Below are positions 25,190 through 38,714 of a DNA stretch of 64,000 bases, piece by piece (the stretch's first letter is position 1; every line of letters starts with the position of its first letter). The translations under genes and the position numbers were made by a program. Below the pieces are notes generated by a model. It was not told where the DNA came from and searched no databases. It saw only the letters and a list, made by a program, of their open reading frames with translations. Location of the stretch: positions 61,008,001 to 61,072,000 of the forward strand of contig NC_042997.1 of NCBI RefSeq assembly GCF_006345805.1, written 5' to 3'. This stretch comes from Octopus sinensis. Its lineage: Eukaryota.

Positions 25190-26480
25190 TATTTTGCCCT
25201 TCAGCCAGAAATAGTAACACTGACAACTCAGCAAATTCTAGGCTGCTAGAATTTGACAAAACAATAAAAGGAACTGATCAAATACGATGAAACAACTGAC
25301 CCAATATTTATTATATGACCAGAATGCCAAGTCAAATTCTTATACATGATAAACTGAGATCCACAGGAAAACATATCAGTACAAACACAAAACTGCTGAG
25401 AGAAAAGTTATTGTACAGTAAAAAAAGAGCATTGCATATTGATAGAAAACAAACTGGTGAAAAGACCAAACAACCACTGTCATAAAAGACTATAATAATA
25501 AAATGCGCTCAATACTTGAGAACTCATCTAGTAGATAGAAAAATGTCAAAGAAACTAGGAAAATGGCCATATCTAAAGATAGAAACAGCACAGATTTAGA
25601 CTTATTTACTAGAAATCAAATGGAGGACAACAAAACATGGTATATATATACAGAGAATCAAAGATCAAAATGGGATGTAACATACATGGATGAAACAAAA
25701 TTATAGGTCAGGAAAAAGTTTCAAAGAAATACAATTATGGATAGAAAAGTTTGAATACTATCAAATCTAACATCGCTAGAGTGGAGATATAAATAATTGA
25801 TATAGAGCATCCTGGGCAGGAAATCGAGTAGAGTAAAAAAATAAGCTAATAAACTGAATAAGTGCCAAGAGTTGAATTTCCAATGTAACTTAGAGGAAGA
25901 TAGTCAGTGAGATTATGTCAGTTGTTTAGATTGCCAAACAGATGGCGGTAAATGACAAATGAACAAGAAACTCATGAAAGAAGCAGGTGATAAAATATAT
26001 TTGTAAATAAATACAGGAGAAATAATTATCACTATCGGAGATATTTTTACATTATTCTGGCTCTTATGGATCTAATAAAGCACAAAAATGAACTGTTTCA
26101 TTCTTATTTTGTTTGTGTATTCTGGTTGTCTACTACCTCACCTCACATCTTTTTCCTTTTTATTTTGTTTTCTACTACTGACAAGACACTGTCATGAATT
26201 CCTTAAACATCTTTACCAACTTACCATCTTAATCTACAACATAGCCAATATACACATGGTTTCAATTCTTTTCAAGCTAATATGTTAACTCCTCATTTTC
26301 CAAGTCCATCTAAAATCAAAATATTCCCTAAAAATCACATTTTACATCTAACAAATACTATATAATTAAAAACTGCTTCAAGTTTTGCGCATTGAGGACA
26401 AAGTCAAGGCTTCACTGCCGTGCAGTATTATTCATATTTTAACAATCTGTCTTTATTTTTGAAACAAAGTATTTATTGAA
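25190..26480. mobile_element. Old decayed LINE fragments (RTE-like)
   Basis: + strand residual RLLEF-like motif near 25240; - strand residual LHGSEALTL near 26400. Confidence 0.35.
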
Positions 26481-27812
26481 ACACGATATATACTTTTAAA
26501 GTACAATGCTAACACTGTCTATGAAACGCTTTCAACAAACAACTTTGAAACTTACACATGTAACTTTTTTTTTAGCTTCACCCTAAGCACTCACCTAGCT
26601 AACGTGTTTACAATTATTGACTTACAATTCAAAGTCTTAGGGTTGATATGGAATGCTTCACCTGCAATATAATTGTTTTGAATATATTGATTTCCTATCT
26701 GCTTTCATACCACCGAGTGACTCAGTGCTCTCCTACATTTAGTGCTTTACTACTCTTATGCAGTAAAATAGTATTATTTGTTATTGACCAAAAACTTGTA
26801 TCATATATTCTTTCTTATTGCATTAATTAAAGATACTTCTTCCCTATTAGTTATAATTTTCGAAGGTTAATTCATCATCTTTGTCTTTGTATACTGACAT
26901 AAAAGATAGTAAGGTTTCCTGCTGATTAGTTTAGCTCTCAGTCTCAAATACAGCAATTATAGACATACAGGATGATTTAAAGACTATATGAAGCAACTAT
27001 TTCTATTCCTTCTTGAAACAGCCAGCCATTTTCCTTACATTGAGAATTTGGTAGTTTGTATGGTATAAACCCTTTTTGAGAATATCTACAATCATCTATA
27101 TAAAATGTGCAAAAGAAGATATGGCAGTTTCATATTTTTATTCTATATTAATTATTTTGGAAGTGATTCCATGCAATAGTTTATTTAAAAAAGGCAAACA
27201 AAAATAAATCAGAATAACTGAAAGAAAAAACTGTTGATCAAATATCTGGTTGTTGAGATGAAATATATTTTGTACTTGAAATAATCTTTTACAGAAATGA
27301 AACACAAGCAGCGATCAAGCTGATTAAGGAGCTTCTGTTTGAAGTCAGCCTCCTACAAACAGCAACCTTGTTAGTTATATTCTCCCATATTAGAGGAACA
27401 CATAGAATGGTGCAGTATTATATATAGACTAAGCCTTTAAAAGAAACCAGATGGTCAAGGCTAGAATATCTTTGACTGAAAATTTTCTTAGTTTGGGCTA
27501 ATTTTCAGTTAAATAACATCATCAACAATAGGCAGAGAAGAAAAGCAATCTAATTTGTCTCTTATGAAACAAGTCTATCTTTGTATCATTTATATACAAA
27601 AGCTTTAAATGTAGAGCAAGTTTGAATCTTTGAGGGCTTAGAAAAGCAGTTAGCAGACCTTAATCTAACAAAAGTTAAACCTACATTAAAAGAATTTGGT
27701 TCCTAATTGAAATCAACTTTATATTTCCAACAAATTGTAAATGACAATTGGTATTAGCATTGTACTTCTGCATAAGACATGAACATTTATATTTTGTTAT
27801 TCTTCACTTTAG

Positions 27813-27885
27813 ATTATCAAGGTGAAATAATTACTTTCATAGAGTGGTTAAATTGGCAGACAATTGGAAATTATGCTTTCAATGG
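27813..27885 (+). CDS. Candidate internal exon, phase 1-2 (YQGEIITFIEWLNWQTIGNYAFN)
   Basis: Long polypyrimidine acceptor tattttgttattcttcactttAG, 73 nt open frame, donor GG|GTAATG. Confidence 0.45.
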
Positions 27886-27999
27886 GTAATGTAAAATGCC
27901 TTTATTGATTGCCCTATTTTTTAAATACATATATTTGAGACGACCAGATCAATAGTTTGCAAGTGTACAACAGCAGACGTAATTTGAAGACTGTTACTT

Positions 28000-29260
28000 G
28001 TTATATTGAACCTTGATTGATATGATGAGCTGTCATGAAAGTGAACAGAATTATGTACTAGGAGTATGAGAGTTCATACTGCAGAGTTTAAGATTAAGTA
28101 TTGTTTTTAAAAAGAATATTCTTGTCAGGCATGTATGGTGAAGTAAAACCGTTGCAAACCACTGCCAATATTCTGTTGGCACTGTCTCAAATCAGAATCA
28201 TAGTAAGCAAGTGAGTTAGAAGTGAAGAGTATTGTATGGAAAGAAGAATATTCTACAAGATAGTTGCTCTGAGAATAAAGGACTACACATTACTGTGGAA
28301 TTGATGTTATAAATTGGATGAAATGTGAATTTTTGTGGAAATCTAGAATTGATGACCAAAGAATTTAGAGCATGTCATAGATACAAATGGGTATGCAGAA
28401 TGGCTAAAGGGGAACCATTATTAAAAATTGCATTTATAGAAAGAATGTTTAGCTAAAAGATTTTATTCAGGTAACAGGTTGACTCAAGAATGAACCAAAC
28501 AAAACCAACAAGTTAACAAAATACTTTTTTTTAATATTATAATGAAGTCTGAAACAAAACATAAGCTACAGATTCTCTGCTTATAGAGCTATTTGTTTTA
28601 AGTAGGGTGGGAAAGAGTGATTATCAGGAGTTTGTGGTTACAAACCAGGCAATAAGGGAATTATAACTAAAGGAAGGAAAGCAATGTATATTTGGGATGA
28701 GCTCTGAATGAGAGCATCTTTTGCCATAAGTTCTTTGACTGCATGAAGGATATCAAAAGGCATGCCTAGGAGAATGCAGTCAACCACTATCTTAGCTGTG
28801 ACTATTTCAGGAATGAAACACAGCTGCAGTAAGCACTGAATTGAGGTGTCAAGGTGGGAGTGTTCTGTAGCAGAAAGTTATGAAAAGTGTTACACTCATT
28901 AGGTGTTACACAGATAAACCCAGTAGGTGAACAAGTGATGACTGCAGGGTAACAAATAGGTTTGGGAGAAAGGAAAAGATTAGAGTATTGGTGTATTAAT
29001 ATGCTTTTATAAGGATACTTTTGAGAATGGAATATGATTTAGCTTCTGCACCAACATCATCAGTATGGGAGGACAGATGTCTCCAACACAGAATGTACTC
29101 AAACAGATGACAGTGATTGAAAGAGTTTGGGGGGAGCCAGAGATAACAGCTAATGTAAAGCCAGAACCTAAGTTTGGAATAATCAATATCCTAACTAAAG
29201 GCATAGCTTGTGACCAAGATGATAATACTTTTGTGTATTCTCCACCCACTACATGAAGGG
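28000..29260 (-). mobile_element. Decayed CR1/Jockey-like LINE (endonuclease region)
   Basis: Minus strand residual VGD motif (tgtgttggagacatc) and purine bias on +; no intact frame. Confidence 0.35.
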
Positions 29261-32200
29261 CAAATGATTAAAACAGATTATTTCAATCTTCATAGAAATT
29301 CAACTTTCTGCACTCTTCCATGAATTTTCCTATGAATTCATTTTTGCTGACATAGACAACCACTAGTTTCCTTGGATTCTAGATTTTATGATACATTTAA
29401 TTAAATGACAATGAGAATGACAATGATCATATATCATGATTATACTATATTTAATTGAATAAAAGCTTTTATGTTTATGATTTGTCATGCTGCCTAAAGA
29501 AGAACCACACCTAACTCAGCAGTATTCACTTTTTTTTTCACCTTCATGAATTTTTAGCAGATTCACCTTCACATAAAAAGGATGAAGGACAAAGTTGGCT
29601 TTGGTGCAATTAGATTTCAGAACATAACACCGGAAGAAATGTCACTAAACATTTTGTCCGATATGCTAAGACATCTGCCAGCTCACCATAAAATATTGAC
29701 TAGAGTAAGTTAAAGTCTATCATAATATTATTTTTATTAAACTTGAGAAACATCACATTCTATTATTAACCCTTTATCATTCAGATTGCTCCATCAAATG
29801 TAATGCTTATTTATCCACTTAGCAACCAAATCTCCCTTATATTATAGGATACTGTTTCAATTACACTATATCGGAGAAAAAAAACATTAAAATTGGTACA
29901 CCTTTGGTCAGTGTTGATCTGGAGTTTAACAACGACCTTAGTTACTAAATTCAACCTAGTGATTCTACTCATCAAACCAATTAGTCTGTAAGTCGTCCAA
30001 GTTGATCTATAACTTCTCTAAATTCTTTAGCATGTCTCTCTCCAAATATTCACTATGGCATATTGATTTTGATTGCACAATACTAGCAATGCTGGTGGTT
30101 GTGTCATATGAAATGTTGGAAAATGTTTTTGAGTTTACTAACATCACTATATTCCTTACAAAAGCTAGTTATTACAATCTCTGATGACAAACTTTCATAG
30201 CAACAACAGCTACATTTGGTGCAGAATTCTCTTTTATATCATATTCTGTGTCACAAGTAGAAGAAATATCTCTCTGTGACAAAATTTACCTTGACATCAG
30301 CTATGCAGTGGAATGAAAAGATAGATCTGTGGGTCATACTTAGTCAATCAGTCAACTATGTACTATAGGTCTGCTTCAACAGAGCTGATTGGAGCTACAC
30401 AACAAATACTTCAAATAAAAAGATTTCATATGAAAACTAGAAAATATTCATTGCTGATACTGTTGTTCTATTGTAAGTGCAGCTAACAAGCAGTTTATCA
30501 TATTACATTTAGAATATTGTTTTTGAAGTGAATATTAAAACATTGTGCAGATGTAGCTAATGCTCTATTCCAATTACCCCTTTGTCACCAGTACCTGTAT
30601 ATATAATCCGCCACACAAAAGAATAGTACTGCCCATTTTGTGAAGCATTCTTCTAGACTGTGACTTTTCAGAAAATAAGCAGAGCATCTGCTTGCTAAGA
30701 AAACCTTCAATCATTATCAATCTGAGCCTAGTCTTATCTAATTTTTAGCCTAAAAAATATACATCAATATCATTTTTATTTCACTCCAATCACATTATAA
30801 CTTTCATAAATCAGCTATATCATATTACTTCATTTTATTAGTAATAGTATCCCCAAGCTCTAAAATTTATCTCTGCAATTGACAATGGGTTGAATAGGTT
30901 AAATATATTTGCATCATCCTATTTGCTGCCATTTCAGTTAATTCTTTAAAGGTTACCTCAATCCAAAAGAATTTATCTGATACTTCTACTTTTAGTGACT
31001 AATAGCTATTACATATAATATAGTTTGTTACTGAAGTTATAAATTCAAAATTTTAAAAAGCAATATGTTAAAAATATTTTGCAATATTTTCCATCAGGTG
31101 AATTTTCCTTTTTTCTTACCTTCCATTCTATACTTTGAAATTTCTTCATCTCATAATATTATGTATTATAATGAAGATAACAATATGCAAATGAAAATTG
31201 CTTTTTAATAAATTACATTATTTTGTTGATTGTTGAGCCTATAATGGACTTTCTAATAATATAGAATGTTTATTGATCTTTATGCTACTGCTAGTAAAAA
31301 CAGCTTTCTAAGCAGAATAATTGTTTGCAGAATGAAGCACAAACTACTGTTATATTGTAAGAATAGCACACAACTCAAACTTTCCTGAGAATTTAACTTT
31401 ATATATTAGTCTAACATTGGTGTTGCTGAAGCTATAATATCTTTACTACTAGCAAAATGTGTTACATGTTTGTATAGCTGGGGTCTTAAATGTAGGTATA
31501 TTGCTTTAAATCTTGTCATTTCCCAATTTGGAGATCGTTGGAGCAAGCAGAATGATAAAGTAGAAGTTACATCTAAATACTTCAAGTACAAATCATTAAT
31601 GCAGACTGGAACAACCTTTATAGTTCTTCTCATTACATGTTCAGACAGCCACAAAGAAATACAACTCAGTATATCATAACACCATTTAAAAAAATATATT
31701 CTCTCCAACCAAAAAATAAAATATAAAATACACAAATATATGCTAGAACAGCTGTGATTGATATTGATAGCCAAACTTGGTTTGGTATATATAAAAATCA
31801 AAGGCAATGAGACTGGCATGCACAGATCATTTTATCTGTCTTTGCTGCAACAACAAAATACTTCAGTTATATTCAGTTATAAAATGCAATCACTTTTTTG
31901 TCAGCACTATCACAAAGCAGAACTAATTGTGGTTGAGTCTTATTAGATCAAAATAGTGAAAAATGAATTCAACAAAGAGATGAATCTATTTATTATGTAA
32001 ACCCCATCAAGAGATCTAAAACAAAAAACACACTATTACAAAAACAAAGTTTTGGGAGAATAAATACAATAAGGTTTGTCCTAATGAAGATCCTACAATG
32101 AACCACTTCCCCACTCAATTGATAGGAAATTTTAGTATGTATGGATAAATCCCACACTAATTTTGTTATATGGCAGAAAATAGTATGTTCTTTAATCCTT

Positions 32201-33361
32201 ATTTTCAAAGGGTTAATATAGCTATTACTTAGAATTTTAAAGCATTTATGAATTTAAAATGATTAATACACTTTCAAATTTGCTCATTTAGTAGAAATAT
32301 CTTAGATGTCTTGGCAGTTTCATTTTGTCAACAGAGAATCTTCTAGAATGTGGTCTTTAACATGATTCTTAAACTGCTCTCCATATGATCACTTTCACAG
32401 AATATATTTCAGAGGCAGTATTTCTCTGTCAATTGTTTGTGCTACTCTTGCTGAAAAGGTGCCAAGAACTTGTTTATGATCCTCTCTTAAACCAACATTT
32501 TCATGCACTATATTTGTATTGACAAACATATTTCTATCATATCTCAACAATTTTCTCTTCTCTTCTATTTTTCTAGAGGAAATGCACTTATCATACAATG
32601 TGTTTATTCTCATATACTAATGTTCAGATTTAATTCTTACTATCAATTCAATCAAATATAAACAATGTTTGTTTTGGTTTTAAACAATTTCGTCTTTGTG
32701 TCAGTATTTATTGCTGGACTTAATAGTGTAACCAAAACAAATTCAATATTGTTATACTTCAAACATGAATTTGGACCATTGTCCAAAGTAATGAAACATA
32801 ATATTCCCCATCAACAAAACAGTCTCAAGGCAAAGTATTAATTAACTTTTTATGGATAGACTATTTTCTCAAATTATATTAAATGATAATCTTTATGAAA
32901 TGTTATTCAAAATAGCAGTCAGACAAGGACATGAGTAGTATGAAAAAGGGAGCCATAACTAAAATAGTAGTTTGAGTTGAAGTTGGCAGATATGAGAATG
33001 CTAATGTAAAAGCAAGTTAGGGAGATAGTAACTGCTGGAAATTGTTGAGGTGATGGAATGAAAAGAAAGGAATGCCATATAAATGTGAAAAGGGGTGGCC
33101 ACAAATAAAGATGCAATGTATGTAATCAGTAGAGACTACCTTCAATTACTGATTTTAGACAAGATATTCTCATAGCAGTGGCTATCATGGTTAATTATAC
33201 ATTGTATCTGTAAACTAATAACATATGATGTAACATGTATATACAAACATAGTACAACAGTTAAGACTGTTTTGAGTTAAAACTCAAATTAATAAGAGTA
33301 TATAATAAAGAATTGGAGTATTTGGATTTCCAGACAACTTAATTACATTGAGCATTAGGAG

Positions 33362-33402
33362 CAACTAAGTCATGTGTTCTAGTAGAACACATGACTTAGT
33401 TG
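33362..33402. repeat. Perfect 20-bp-arm palindrome
   Basis: caactaagtcatgtgttcta-g-tagaacacatgacttagttg. Confidence 0.95.
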
Positions 33403-35186
33403 TAGACATCTTATAAACAGACATCTTATATTAGAGAAAGAATGCAGTGGTATTTGACAAAAGGTGACCAATACTAATTATACATTATATCACATAGTAT
33501 ATAATGCAATTTATTGAAGATTCATTTGTGAAGATGTTTTCTATCAAGAGTTTTCTATCAAGATGTTATTTATTTGTGAAAATGTTTTCTACCAAAATAT
33601 TTCCTATCATGCCTTTAATTAACCATGATCTTTCAGTTCCAGAAATCAGTTGTTGTGCAAGTATGATAGCTATTGTAAATACTTTTGAACATATAAAGAG
33701 AAAATGAAGAACCTGTATCTCATGCATTGTTTAATATTTTGTAGATCATTCTGGGTTTTTTTACACCATCCTCTCATTTTCACCTCCTAGTAAGAAAATA
33801 TCTACAATTAATCTTTTAGCCGAACACTGTAAAAATGCAATCATCATCATCATCATCACAAAAAAATGGCAATAAAAATGTATAAAGTAAAATCTACTTA
33901 TTAATTTACTGCTCTCTTTTTTTAATACTGTAGACATTTCTAAGACTAGTTTTAAGCTAAATCATTATTAACAAATTACATTATCGTAAACATAATTGAT
34001 GGGATGAAATGTTTTTAAACTAAACTGACTGAAAAAATTATTAGATAGTAAAAATAGAAGGAAAAAGAAACAACAATATTACCTAGCTAACACAACATTT
34101 TAGGTAGATCAGTATTGATGATTCCTTTCTCTTTTTTAACCATCAAATAATTTTCTCAGGAGGTTCAATTAAAAAAAAAATTCATATACTGTTATCATGC
34201 CAATTTTGATAACAATAATGTAATCTGTCAATGAGCTAACTTAAACTAGTCTTAGAAATACTATTTGCAGTAGTAAGAAGAAATAGTAAGTTGATTTGAT
34301 TTTATAAATTATTTCCATTTTTACATTTTATTTTCTTCATTTATTTTCCTTTTATAGTTTAAACTTAAAATAAACACACATGTACACAAAAAAATAAAGC
34401 AAAACAATATTAAAACTATTTTCTAGCATTAAATTTTAAAAACTTTATCCTTGAATATATTCTAGCTTTTTGTTTGCAACAAGTTTCAATAGTCATACTG
34501 AAGTAGAGTCAAGAGATTAATGTAGCTTTTCAGGGTAAGATTCAAATCTTCCTCTCATTTTCAACTTACAAAATACTTAATTCTGAACTATCAGTAATCT
34601 TTGAACGGTTTCTAATTCTCTAAAGGAGCAAAATCTTCAGTTAAATGTGTTAAGTTTCATAACAACCACAAACAATCTTTTTAATAAGTGATTAGAAACT
34701 GAAAAGTGTTTCTTACTGGCATTCTTCACAATAAGAAGTTCTAGAGCAACAAATATTACAAAACATATAATTTGATCATAACTGCAGTAAATACCCCCAT
34801 GAAAACAACCAGAAAACCTAATGAACATAAATGATTATCAAACATTTGATATTTACTTATGCCAGCAACTACAGACATTTTATCTAAACTTTGATCTAAA
34901 CAAATATTCTAAAAGGATGAGTTTTCTATGCCATTGTTTCAGCAATCAACAAATATCTATAGAAGATATATGTTTGCTCTTCTAATATAGATGTATATTA
35001 GACACACATTTGCTCTTGAGTAAAGAAGACTCATGGGGAAAAAATGAGATTAGTTATTTATGAATTTCATGACATTACAAACCAACCAGAAATATTTTAT
35101 TGTTTATAAACACAAAATAAACACTAAATGTTTCAAGAATTATTTCTGAATTATCATTACAAGAGTATTTTTAATTTTCTTTTCCC

Positions 35187-35590
35187 GTGGTTATGTGTTA
35201 AGAAGCTTGCTTCTCAACCATATGGTCTTGGGTTAAGTCTCAGTGTGACACCATGGGCAACTGTTTTCTACTATAATCCTGAGATGATCAAAGCCTTATG
35301 AGTGGATTTGGTAGACAGAAAGTGAAAGAAGCCATGATATATATGTGTGTGTGTGTGTGTTTGTGTGTACCCTTGTCTAGGCATCACATGATGGCTGGTT
35401 GTTCATTTCCAATATTCTATGTAAAACATCTTTGGTCATGGGGAAATATTACCTTTTTGTAAACAGGTGAAGGTTGGTGACAGAAAGAGCATCCAGATGT
35501 AGTAAATCTGGCTCAACAAATTCCACCTAACCCATGCAAGCATAGAAAATGATGATGACGATGATGATGATGACAATGATGTTGATGAAC
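35187..35590 (+). mobile_element. tRNA-derived SINE (family C) with RTE-type 3' tail
   Basis: Head gtggttatgtgttaagaagcttgcttctcaacc, central gtgagtggatttggtagac motif, tail ggttggtgacag...catccag...ccatgcaagcat...(gat)n. Confidence 0.8.
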
Positions 35591-36225
35591 AGTAAATTAT
35601 TATGACCATCAATACTGTAAATGGATTTGAAACACATTAAGCATAGATAGAGGCAAGCTTTTTCCTCAGTTTTTGTTTATATATATTTTACTTTATTACC
35701 AATGCATGCCATCTATTCTAGAGCTAATGAGGAAGGTTCTGCACAGTTGCTTGACCTGCAGGCAAACACTAGATAAATTACTCTCAAACCACATTATATC
35801 ATCTTAAAAAGAAGGAAGGCCATACTAGACAATATAGTTTTTGATACAATGAAAAAAGAAGGGATGGTCAGGGTAGAATACCTTTCATCATAGGTCTGCT
35901 CAATCAGGGATGACCAGGAGCTTATGCTCAACAACAAGCTTAATTAAGAATAGAATTTTTATCTTTTAAAATGGGGAAAAATTTGTAAAAAGAAATATTT
36001 ATTAAAGAAGCTATGTGAGAATCGAACCTAGGGTATATTCCAACTGAAGATGGAAATTTTCCTAAAATCTAAATACATTAATCAAGATAGAAGGTGGTAA
36101 AGAAATGAGATAAGGTAAAGATATTTTATTATTATTGTTTTGTTTTGTTTTGTTTTGTTTTTCATGGTGGTAAGCTAGCAAGATCATCAGAGGGCTGACA
36201 AAAATGTTTTGGCTGTGTGTTTAAA

Positions 36226-36685
36226 AGACTGGAGTCTGGTGCAGCCTTCCAGCTCCGATCAAATTGTCCAACCCATGCCAGCATGGACAATGGATGTTAA
36301 ATGATGATGATGATGATGATGGTACTGATTCTTTCAGCTCGCTGCTTTAATGTAAAAGAATCAAAAAGACCATGTATGTGAGATTGTGCCAGTGGCTGCA
36401 GGTTCATAACCAATAATTTGATGTAAAATACAAAGTAACCACACAGTTAAAGTTTAACTGTGTGGTTATTTTCTATTTTACATCAAACTATTGGGGTATG
36501 AACCTGCAGCCACTGGCACAATCTCACATACATGGTCTTTTTGATTCTTTTACATTAAAGCAGCGAGCTGAAAGAATCAGTACCATCATCATCATCATCA
36601 TCATCATCATTATTTAACATCCATTGTCCATGCTGGCATGGGTTGGACAATTTGATCAGGCCTGGTAAGCTGGAAGGCTGCACCT
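36226..36685. repeat. Fold-back inverted duplication, about 220-bp arms centred at 36451
   Basis: cagttaaa-g-tttaactg centre; arms include unique DNA plus an RTE (GAT)n tail; several substitutions and a small indel between arms. Confidence 0.9.
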
Positions 36686-36920
36686 GACTCCAGTCCGATT
36701 TGGGATGGTTTTCTACAGCTGGATGCCCTTCCTATTGCCAACCATTCTGAGAGTGTAATGGGTGCTTTTACGTGCCACTGGCATGAGTGCCATTTGCGTG
36801 ATACTGGTATCTGTCATGAGTGTGATTTTGCTTGGCTTGATGGATCTTCTCAAACATGACATAATGCCAAAGGTCTCAGTCATTGCCTCCATGAGGCCCA
36901 ACACTCAAAAGGAACTCAGC
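36583..36920 (-). mobile_element. RTE 3' end fragment
   Basis: (CAT)n tail, ccatgctggcatggg, ggatgcccttcct, gtgcttttacgtgcc. Confidence 0.8.
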
Positions 36921-36924
36921 TACT

Positions 36925-37350
36925 TTGCCACTTAGCATGTCAGACAAAATGCTTAGTGACATTTCTTCTGACTCATTACATTGAGTTCAAAAACTGCTGT
37001 GTTCAACTTTGCCTTTATCTTTTTAGGGTGATTAAAATAAGTACCAGTTGAACACTAGGGTCAATGTAATCAACTAATCCCCTATCCCTAAAATTACTGG
37101 CTTTGTTACAAAAATTTGAGATGATTATCATTTAGGGTTGTGAGCAGGCAGAACTCTTAACACACTGAAGAAAATGCTTAATGGAATTTCTTCTTATGTT
37201 CTGAGTTCAAATGATGCTGAGGTTAACTTTGCCTTTCATCCTTCTGGGGTCAATAAAATAAGTGCCAGTTGAGCACTTGGGTTGATATAATTGACTAGTC
37301 CCTCTCCATCTTCAAATTTCAGGTCTTGTGTCTATAATAGAAAGAACTAT
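36925..37350 (+). mobile_element. Two head-to-tail SINE family A copies
   Basis: Repeated gttcaaa...ctttgccttt...agtaccagttgaacact motifs. Confidence 0.7.
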
Positions 37351-38178
37351 TTGTTTATTTTATTGTTTTAGATATTTCTTAGACAAGTGAATTAGCATCA
37401 TAATGAAATCAATGTACTTGTAAAGTGCACCACAAAATAGAATAGAGAGACATAGTAATTGATATATTTCTAATATTACAGGGACATTAATTAACAAAGT
37501 GTGCATAGTATCAAATGCCTTGTGTAAATGAACAAAAACACCATGAACATATTGTTCAGAAATTAGAATCAGATGAGTAATTTAATATTATTATTTACTA
37601 AAAGATTAGCAAGAAGGCAGTAAAAGAAGGCTTTAGAAAAATTGAGAAAATGTAGTTAGTTTTAAGGATAAAATGTTAAAGATAAAATCCCATGGAAATT
37701 GAATATATAGCAACCTGCCCAATATATACAAGTAAATATGAAGCAAATGTTTATGATTCATGCAAGCATATACATATCTTTTTACTAGGAAGTAAAGAAA
37801 AATAAATCCTAATATCTGTATGGTGGGTCTGTCAATAAAACCCATCAACATAAAATGTTTTTCTATATATTCTTTATTCAAACAGGATGAGAATTTAATA
37901 TAGAAAGCTGAAAATATATCCATATTATGATATGAATTTTATCTATAAAGATTGTGTGCATATATAAGTAAAGTTGGTTGAAGGTTGACACCTTTCACAA
38001 ATGAGATCATCTTCATATTCAGCCAGACAAATATTTTTTAGTCAATAAGATTTTAGATGCAATAAAGAAAAACCCAATTGGGAGAATAAACAAGATTCAT
38101 TTACCAGAGATGAATACAAATATAAATCCGAAAGATCAATTTACAAGGTCACAAAAGTGTTGTTTTTTAAATTTTTTT

Positions 38179-38219
<41 letters not shown>

Positions 38220-38425
38220 TGATGATCTTCTATAATTTTGGCACAAAGCCAGCAGTTTTGAGGGAAAGGTGCAAGTTCATTACATCAACCCCAGTACTTG
38301 ACTGGTACTGATTTCATCAACTCCCAAAAGATAGAAGACAAAATTGACCTTGGCAAAATTGAAACTAACATTGTAAAAAGCTGGAAAAAATGCCACTAAA
38401 TATTGGTCCAACGCTCTAACAATTC
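38220..38425 (-). mobile_element. SINE family A
   Basis: ttggcacaaagccagcagttttgagggaaagg...ccccagtacttgactggtact...gaccttggc. Confidence 0.7.
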
Positions 38426-38714
38426 TCTTAACTAGTAGTGACTTCTCTTGAAAATAGACAAAATTTGGCATTGTGCTGTTATCAAGTACTTGCAGAAAAA
38501 AGGTTTAGCCCCCAATGACATTCATGCTGACATAGTTGCTACTTTAGGGGATGATGCTCCAGCTTTATCAACAGTGCAAACATGGGCAGCTGAATTTAGA
38601 AGAAGGGAGAGTCTTGAAGATAACAAAGTCTGGATGTCATGCAACTGCCCCCACTGAGGAAAACATTGATCATTTTCATCACAGGCAATTTACTATAAAT
38701 CAAATAGCCATTGC

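Noticed and set aside
32280-32400. Selenocysteine read-through of in-frame TGA codons
   Set aside because: TAA stops follow, no SECIS seen and no selenoprotein motif; simple decay or chance is more likely
33362-33402. Pre-miRNA
   Set aside because: Too short, perfect stem with 1-nt loop and no flanking pairing
37633-37923. Hydrophobic 96-aa minus ORF as GPCR/chemoreceptor fragment (similarly 7942-8145 and 11151-11366)
   Set aside because: F/I/L/Y richness is expected from AT-rich DNA; no family motif or convincing splice signals
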